Assembly (NCBI GenBank): GCA_026625185.1 | Contig: CP113000.1 | Location: 825,622 to 857,621 of the forward strand | Length of the DNA: 32,000 bases | Source: Thermodesulfobacteriota bacterium | Lineage (GTDB): Bacteria; Desulfobacterota; WTBG01; JAGOGO01 | Reading direction: 5' to 3' | Shown: positions 26,443-32,000 of the stretch, piece by piece | Layout of the letters: each line of letters begins with the position of its first letter | Numbering within the stretch: the first letter of the stretch is position 1 | Position numbers and translations under genes: made by a program | Notes under the pieces: model-generated | Database searches by the model: none | Told to the model about the DNA's origin: nothing | Seen by the model: the letters and a program-made list of their open reading frames with translations, nothing else

Positions 26443-27894
26443 CTAAAAGCAAAGCTTGCCGGGACCTAAAATCATGTTCGGATCGAATAGTTTTTTAACC
26501 CTCGTGAGGGTAGCCGTATAATCAGGCGCCTTAGGATATACAAACTGCGCTATCCATTCGAAAGGTTTGTTAAAGAACCCGCCCGCATTATAAACAGCCG
26601 GTATCAATGCCCGATAAAGATCAAGCACCTTTGCAGATTCGGCATTTTCGTAATAGAAGCTGTAAGTCATCTGAGCTGCTCTTCCTTCCTCGAGGGGCTG
26701 GACGTAAATACCGACCTCCTCAGCCGAATACCCTTTATCCTTGGCAATCGGGAGCACCACATCGTTAAACCTCGAAGCCCGGTCGAGGGTGGTCATAAAC
26801 ACCAATTCCTGGCAGTTGCCCTTATAGGCGTGCTTCCAGTAGGTTTTATCCTTCGGCCAGGGATGGCGCAGCATCTCGGGCAAACTTTTCTCCAGACCGG
26901 AGACGACATCCAATTTCTCAACCAGCTTGGCCTTGGGGAATTTTTTCTTCCATGTCTCATTTATATAAGCTTCCTGATAGGCCAGGCGCTCTTCCGGTCG
27001 GCGTTTCAAACCGCCGATTATCAAGACTGAGGTATAGGCCGGCAGTTTCGATTTCAGGTCATCAATGCTCTTTTTGTCCCCCGCAAGCATGGATGCCAAA
27101 ACCATATTATTCACTATAAAACGCTCCAAACCCACCCTTCTGTGTAAAAGATCGTATAACGGGTCGATCAATTCATCCATTGTATCGGAAATAACAAAAA
27201 AAGTCTTTTCCATTTTCGGGGTTTGCTCATATTTCACAATCCCCTTATAAACCACACCCAAAGTGCCCTGAGACCCTTGTAGCATCCGCCAGAAATCAAG
27301 TGTTCCGGGGCCCTGTGAATTGACGCCGTCAGCATAAGTGCCCGGCTTACCAAAATCATTATAGGCGGCCGAACCGGTGACAAATTTCTCACCATTGCCC
27401 CAAACCACCCACAAACTGGAAAGCTGCTCGGAATACTCGAATATGGGTATGGTTGCAACTTCCCGCTCCAACCAATCCATTAGCACCGAACGATCCGCAT
27501 GGGGTAAAAGCGGCATGACGGTGCGGCCCCCCACTTCTTTCAATTTGTTTGCATACTGCTCCCAGGTAACCCCGCATTCAAGGTGACCCCAGCGGCCTAA
27601 CTGGTCAATCCGGTCAATGGCATTCATCGAAGAAAGATCAAGGGCAATGCCGCCTTTTCGAGGGATGGTTCCCCCATTGAAATGAACCTTCGAACTCACC
27701 GGATAAAGCGGAATTCCGTTATCACTTGCGGTAATAACTGCATCCACAATTTCTTCGGCGTTCTTTGCATGAACCACCAAGGCAGGCTCGCTTTGAGGAA
27801 CCATACTGAAATCCTTCGCATATTTGGCCTTATCCGAGGCCTGATCGCTGACTTTTAGCTTACACTGTTCCAATCTTTTTTTGATTTCTTTCAT
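26443..27894 (-). CDS. FAD-binding PCMH-type oxidoreductase (GlcD-like, divergent)
   Basis: 483 aa. PALVVHAKNAEEIVDAVITASDNGIPLYPVSS...GGIALDLSSMNAIDRID...ECGVTWEQ layout of FAD_binding_4. GGAGG SD upstream of the ATG. Confidence 0.75.
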   Translation of the reverse strand: MKEIKKRLEQCKLKVSDQASDKAKYAKDFSMVPQSEPALVVHAKNAEEIVDAVITASDNGIPLYPVSSKVHFNGGTIPRKGGIALDLSSMNAIDRIDQLGRWGHLECGVTWEQYANKLKEVGGRTVMPLLPHADRSVLMDWLEREVATIPIFEYSEQLSSLWVVWGNGEKFVTGSAAYNDFGKPGTYADGVNSQGPGTLDFWRMLQGSQGTLGVVYKGIVKYEQTPKMEKTFFVISDTMDELIDPLYDLLHRRVGLERFIVNNMVLASMLAGDKKSIDDLKSKLPAYTSVLIIGGLKRRPEERLAYQEAYINETWKKKFPKAKLVEKLDVVSGLEKSLPEMLRHPWPKDKTYWKHAYKGNCQELVFMTTLDRASRFNDVVLPIAKDKGYSAEEVGIYVQPLEEGRAAQMTYSFYYENAESAKVLDLYRALIPAVYNAGGFFNKPFEWIAQFVYPKAPDYTATLTRVKKLFDPNMILGPGKLCF

Positions 27895-27915
27895 CTTCCA
27901 CCTCCTTCAGGTAGT

Positions 27916-27931
27916 TGCAAAAGTTGTTCCC
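27916..27931 (-). promoter_or_regulatory. Candidate sigma-54 (-24/-12) promoter
   Basis: Minus strand gGGaACaacttTTGCA against consensus TGGCAC-N5-TTGCW: GG and GC at the correct spacing, TTGCA perfect. The -12 element is only ~22 nt from the ATG, implying a very short leader. Confidence 0.35.
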
Positions 27932-28133
27932 TTAACATCCAAAAATCGATTACCGTTGATTATCTTCACCTCCCTCCTTTTCCTCTCTCCTTTTCATTTT
28001 AAGTGACAATACGGACACTCGACAATTTAGACAAAACATTACTTAACCCATCCATATTGTTCTTTGGGTCTTTAGAAATTAGTTTACCTCAATGACTTAG
28101 TGACAACGACTTAAAGACTCACCTTTACGTGGC

Positions 28134-28169
28134 ATTTAAGTGGAAATTTAAGTGGAAATTTAAGTGAAA
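28134..28169. repeat. 3 x 12-bp tandem direct repeat (candidate regulator/UAS site)
   Basis: atttaagtggaa | atttaagtggaa | atttaagtgaaa. A fourth related copy, attttaagtgac, is at 27996-28007. Located ~70-240 bp upstream of the sigma-54 candidate. Confidence 0.6.
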
Positions 28170-28734
28170 TAAATAGGATTTTAAATTTTACCGAAGGCAT
28201 CATAACTCCATATCTCGTTTTTTCAGGAAAAAAACTTGGCAGCTTTCTAAATAAGAAAGCTAAGCAGAAGCCGTCCTATCTGATAACATTTTTGGGTGAA
28301 TTTTTAGAATAATACCCCCACAAGATTTGTCAAGTCTTTTTTTCTGGTAGTTGTTATTTTTTCAATCCGTTAAATATCCTATCTTCTTTTTGCCAAGCCC
28401 CACGACCTTTGACACCCAATATCACATTATTTGCACCAACATTTAGGCCCACATTTTGCTTGTAAAAACCCCTTTACCCCGCCCAGAGAGGCTCTTTCCC
28501 GGAATACCGTCAAGAATGCTTTTATACCCCTCATTTACAAGGAGAAAACTGCCAAATAAACAGGGATATATCTTTAACTCAGAATCTCAACATCCTGATA
28601 TGATGTTAAAGGGATTCTCTTATTTCCAATTTTTCAACAAAAATGTGTTTAAGGGGGTGTCTGTCTTCCGGTGCACCATAATCAAGAAAGAACCCCCTTG
28701 CCGATAGTTTTTTGGTTCTGAATTGAAGAAATCC

Positions 28735-30096
28735 CTATTTGCCCACATCCTCGCCAAATACCTTTCTCAACTCTGCAAGGTAATCAGGGTCAAAATATCC
28801 GGCCCCTTTGCCCGCCTGTGACTCTATAAGATCTTTCCTTAGGGGTCTTCCGGGAGGGAATTTTGGAGTTCTCCCAAGCACCTTTTGCTCCTCAAGCGTT
28901 TTAACCTCTTCTTTTGACATCCCTAAAAGACTGCAGAAGACGTGTTCGTTATCCTCTGCAAACCTTGGAGCCCGTTTAGGCGTAAAACTCTTCATTCCGC
29001 TAAACCTTGCGGGCATCTGCTTTATCACCGGTCTTTTCCCAATGTTCTCTCCATGGTCTATCATCTCAAAAATTCCCCGCGCAATAAATTGCGGGTTTAG
29101 ATAAACCTCTTTCAGGGAAAGGACGCTGCCTGCAGGGATAGAAGCCTTCTGGAGTCTCTCCATTACCTCGTGGTGGTCATATTGACTTGTCCACTCATCA
29201 ATCAATCGATCAAGCTCATCCTGGTTTTTTAATCTCTCTTCCACAGTGGAAAATTTTTTTGTCCAGGAAGGGTTTCCCATTATCTCACAGAATCTGTTCC
29301 ACTCATCCTCGTTCTGTATTGCTATGTTTACCCACTCATCGACACCTTTGCACTTATAACACCCGTGGGGCGCCATTGAGGCATCTTTGTTGCCGTTACG
29401 CTCTTTTACCCTGCCGTTTAAGGTATAGTCCATGATCACCTCCCCAATATGGCAGGATATCGCCTCTCTCCCGGCAACGTCTATATACTGACCCTTTCCT
29501 GTCTTCTTTTTATTATATAATGCAAGAAGAAGGGCGAACGCCCCGGTTGCCCCGAGCATCCAGTCACCATATGCGTAGTTGGAGAACAGGGGTGGTCTCT
29601 CGGGAAGTCCGGTTATATAGGTCAAACCTGACATATTCTCCATGCCGGTCATATACATAATGGTATCTCTCATAGGACCGTAATGACCGAGCCCGCTCAT
29701 GGAGACCATGATGATATCGGGTTTTATCTTTTTCAATTCTTCGTAACCCAATCCCCATCCTTCCATAACCCTTGGAGAAAAATTCTCCATAACTGCATCG
29801 CTCACAGCCACAAGTTTTTTAAATATCTCCCTTCCCTTTTCATTTGCAAGGTCCAAGGAAACCCCTTTTTTACCCGCATTCAAGATATGAAAATAACCAC
29901 CTTGGTCCCATACCTTTTCTTGGGTAGGATTGTTTTCGGGATAACTCATCATCCTTGTAAACATGTCGGGACGCTGCGGCGCCTCTATCTTTATAATCTC
30001 TGCCCCCATATCCGCGAGCAGTCTTGTGCCCATAGGTCCTGCATACACCAATGTGAGATCAAGGATTCTTATGCCTTCCAAAAGTTTATATGCCAT
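28735..30096 (-). CDS. Family III CoA-transferase (CaiB/BaiF/Frc family), subunit/paralog 2
   Basis: 453 aa. N-terminal signature GIRILDLTLVYAGPMGTRLLADMGAEIIKIEAP. Confidence 0.85.
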   Translation of the reverse strand: MAYKLLEGIRILDLTLVYAGPMGTRLLADMGAEIIKIEAPQRPDMFTRMMSYPENNPTQEKVWDQGGYFHILNAGKKGVSLDLANEKGREIFKKLVAVSDAVMENFSPRVMEGWGLGYEELKKIKPDIIMVSMSGLGHYGPMRDTIMYMTGMENMSGLTYITGLPERPPLFSNYAYGDWMLGATGAFALLLALYNKKKTGKGQYIDVAGREAISCHIGEVIMDYTLNGRVKERNGNKDASMAPHGCYKCKGVDEWVNIAIQNEDEWNRFCEIMGNPSWTKKFSTVEERLKNQDELDRLIDEWTSQYDHHEVMERLQKASIPAGSVLSLKEVYLNPQFIARGIFEMIDHGENIGKRPVIKQMPARFSGMKSFTPKRAPRFAEDNEHVFCSLLGMSKEEVKTLEEQKVLGRTPKFPPGRPLRKDLIESQAGKGAGYFDPDYLAELRKVFGEDVGK

Positions 30097-30108
30097 TTTT
30101 CCTCCTTC

Positions 30109-31308
30109 TCAGATAATCCTTTGCTCTTTGAGGATGGTCAATTCTTGTTCCGTATAACCCATCGATTTGTAAACCACATCATTATGTTCCCCGAGCAGCG
30201 GCGACCTGCCCTTCTTCCCCGGTGTTTCGGAAAGCTTTGCGGGCGCCCCAAAATATGTAACTTCGCCGAGGACAGGATGTTCAACCTTATTAAATGCCTC
30301 TCTCGCTTTTAACTGTTCATCCTCAAGGAGTTCACCGGGCGATAGGGTCGGAGAGAAAGCGAGCCTCATCTTCTGAGCCTTTTTCATTACCTCCCACTTT
30401 TTATGTTCTTTAAAATATGGAATAAACAGCGCCTCGAATTTCTCAGGTTCTGCAAGGCGAGCCCCAGGTTTTGAAAATAAGGGGTCTTCTTTTAACTCAG
30501 GTTTTTCTATTAAATCCGCTATATCGGGGACCGCCCCGATGCCCGGCAGGTTATTTATCCATCCATCCTTGCAAGGGTGGTTCTCCTGCGTCGGAAAACC
30601 GTGGATTCCCCAGGGAACAGTGGTTCTGGAAAAACCCATATAGGAATAGTCCGCAGCTATTCCTGCGAGGGTGCTGGCAACACACTCCAGTATGGAAAGA
30701 TCGATCCATGTGCCTTTATCTGTCATAGCCCTGCTTAACAGCGAGGCTATGATAGCGGTGGAGGCAACCAACCCGCTTCTGTATTCTGCCTGATGCCCTC
30801 CAAGCACACTGGGCATATCCTTTGGCCATCTGGTTTGGCGGGCGGTGAACATTGCCCCGCTTAGACCCTCGGCGATAAGGTTTGTTGCCCGGTAGTCTTT
30901 ATAAGGGCCATCCTGACCAAACCAGGTGATGGAGGTCATAATCAGCCTATCATTCAACCCCTTTAATGCTTCATAGGAACATCCCAATTTGTCCATTGCC
31001 CCCGGCGCAAAATCCTCTACCAGAACATCCGAGTTCTTCACTAATTTCTTACATATCTCAACCCCTTTGGGATTTTTCAAGTTTAGGGTTATACTTTTTT
31101 TGTTAGTGTTTAAATAAAAGAATGCACCACTCTTTTCAGGGTGGATTTCATCCTTTAGAAAAGGCCTTTTGCTCCTAAGGTCAGAACCATTGAGCGCTTC
31201 AATTTTTATCACTTCAGCACCAAAATCCGCAAGGAGTTTTGTGCAATAAGAACCTGCAATTTCATCTGTAAAATCCAACACCTTAACTCCAGATAAAGCC
31301 TCACCCAT
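30109..31308 (-). CDS. Family III CoA-transferase (CaiB/BaiF/Frc family), subunit/paralog 1
   Basis: 399 aa. N-terminal signature GVKVLDFTDEIAGSYCTKLLADFGAEVIKIE. GGAGG SD upstream. Confidence 0.85.
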   Translation of the reverse strand: MGEALSGVKVLDFTDEIAGSYCTKLLADFGAEVIKIEALNGSDLRSKRPFLKDEIHPEKSGAFFYLNTNKKSITLNLKNPKGVEICKKLVKNSDVLVEDFAPGAMDKLGCSYEALKGLNDRLIMTSITWFGQDGPYKDYRATNLIAEGLSGAMFTARQTRWPKDMPSVLGGHQAEYRSGLVASTAIIASLLSRAMTDKGTWIDLSILECVASTLAGIAADYSYMGFSRTTVPWGIHGFPTQENHPCKDGWINNLPGIGAVPDIADLIEKPELKEDPLFSKPGARLAEPEKFEALFIPYFKEHKKWEVMKKAQKMRLAFSPTLSPGELLEDEQLKAREAFNKVEHPVLGEVTYFGAPAKLSETPGKKGRSPLLGEHNDVVYKSMGYTEQELTILKEQRII

Positions 31309-31321
31309 TTTATTTACCTCC

Positions 31322-31377
31322 AGATATGATGGGTTCGTAAAAAGCCGAAAAAAAATTTCTACGAACCCATCAGATAT
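31322..31377 (-). repeat. Intercistronic hairpin related to the arms of the 20102-20244 element
   Basis: gatgggttcgta (31328-31339) pairs with tacgaacccatc (31360-31371), 12-bp perfect with imperfect extension and a 20-nt loop. Arm sequence resembles ggtttcgtaaaaag / acgaaaccgtcag of the 143-bp element. Abuts the SD of the CoA-transferase gene. Confidence 0.6.
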
Positions 31378-31388
31378 AAATGTTTGAC

Positions 31389-31404
31389 GGGGGAAAAATC
31401 CCCC
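31389..31404 (-). other. Short GC hairpin in the MaoC to CoA-transferase spacer
   Basis: ggggga-aaaa-tccccc, a 6-bp stem with a 4-nt loop. Confidence 0.5.
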
Positions 31405-31420
31405 CTCAAGGCGCTAATAT

Positions 31421-31873
31421 TTAAAACGCTACCTGGGCAACTCCATCCATTACCTGGATTCCCTCTTGTTCTCCTTTAACCTGACAGACAACAATCTTTT
31501 TATCACCCTCGACCTTCTTTTCAGCTACTTTACCTGTATAGATCACATCACCCCCGCCATGCACATGTATCTGAACCGGGGCTATGAGCCTTACATCCAT
31601 CCTTCCTCCGAGAAACCAGGGTTTGTGATCACCGAGCCAGTTTATCACAAACTCTGAAACACCCATCTCTGTCATTACCCCCGGTAATGCAGTATGATCG
31701 GGTTTCATCTTCCAGTCAGATACAGCCGATGCCTGAGATGGGTCCACATGCCAGTTTGGAACCGAGCCCACGATTGCCATTACAATATTTACGTTTTCCT
31801 GCATAAACCTTCTTGCGAAAGGGGTCATTTCATCCCCAACTTTTATTTCATCAAAAGTCAATTGTTTTCCCAT
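31421..31873 (-). CDS. MaoC-like single-hotdog (R)-specific enoyl-CoA hydratase/dehydratase
   Basis: 150 aa. Hotdog layout with NWHVDPSQA in the position of the MaoC D/N-x4-H region. AAGGAGG SD upstream. Confidence 0.7.
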   Translation of the reverse strand: MGKQLTFDEIKVGDEMTPFARRFMQENVNIVMAIVGSVPNWHVDPSQASAVSDWKMKPDHTALPGVMTEMGVSEFVINWLGDHKPWFLGGRMDVRLIAPVQIHVHGGGDVIYTGKVAEKKVEGDKKIVVCQVKGEQEGIQVMDGVAQVAF

Positions 31874-31893
31874 TTTTTACCTCCTTTAAGTTT

Positions 31894-32000
31894 TTAATAC
31901 AAGGGACGAGGGCCTGATTTTGTGTTAGGCCAAGCACTCAGCCACTGTGAACTATGAATCTTACGGGCAACGAGCTCGCCCTTTCCATTATAGAGTTCAA
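31894..32000 (-). CDS. Possible 3' end of an upstream gene (35 codons, unassignable)
   Basis: Frame open from the window edge to TAA at 31896-31894: ELYNGKGELVARKIHSSQWLSAWPNTKSGPRPLY*. An alternative frame stops at 31938-31940. Too short to assign. Confidence 0.25.
   Translation of the reverse strand, partial: ELYNGKGELVARKIHSSQWLSAWPNTKSGPRPLY

Noticed and set aside
28134-28169. Tandem 12-bp repeats as a possible CRISPR or minisatellite array
   Set aside because: The units are contiguous with no spacers, number only three, and are far too short for CRISPR repeats. The location upstream of a promoter candidate fits a protein-binding site better.
28456-28707. 83-aa plus-strand ORF in the intra-cluster gap
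   Set aside because: It is TTG-initiated, has no SD and is compositionally odd (Pro/Phe/Lys-rich with no pattern). It is oriented against the cluster. It is probably non-coding, and the region is treated as regulatory.
31929-31944. Sigma-54-like TGGCTG-N5-TTGGC upstream of the MaoC gene
   Set aside because: The -12 element reads GG rather than GC at the required spacing. The site probably lies inside the 3' end of an upstream coding frame.

Overview
Bacterial chromosomal window. The lineage cannot be fixed from sequence alone; gene content suggests an anaerobe. All family calls come from motif recognition in the supplied translations and my own hand translations. No database search was run. 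There are three kinds of content. (1) Housekeeping genes: a Ser/Thr kinase plus a large unassigned protein (1-2119, minus), holB-ricT-metG (2407-5783, plus), cobO and an outer-membrane barrel (5962-7543, minus), ruvX-mltG (12614-14064, plus), and a nitronate-monooxygenase/FabK-like gene (14416-15390, plus). (2) Two accessory, decayed stretches. 7.6-12.6 kb holds a decayed HigB/HigA-type pair, an RHH plus 61-aa two-gene cassette with a near-consensus promoter, two divergent Y1-HUH (IS200/RAYT-like) genes each bounded by its own inverted repeats, and RHS/YD-repeat remnants. 15.6-20.3 kb holds three integrase-core transposase remnants, a frameshifted IS5-family element nested in one of them, a DUF3795 gene, and a 143-bp element with 23-bp perfect inverted termini. 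(3) An 11.4-kb minus-strand catabolic cluster (20456-31873): MaoC hydratase, two tandem family III CoA-transferases, an 840-bp non-coding gap with a candidate sigma-54 promoter and tandem repeats, a FAD / Fe-S(CCG) / FAD oxidoreductase trio, a double-hotdog hydratase and an AMP-forming acyl-CoA ligase. Its substrate is unknown. No rRNA, tRNA or CRISPR array was found. The items I consider most worth follow-up are the inverted-repeat-bounded Y1-HUH plus HTH units and the unassigned CoA-dependent cluster with its GlcDEF-like oxidoreductase.
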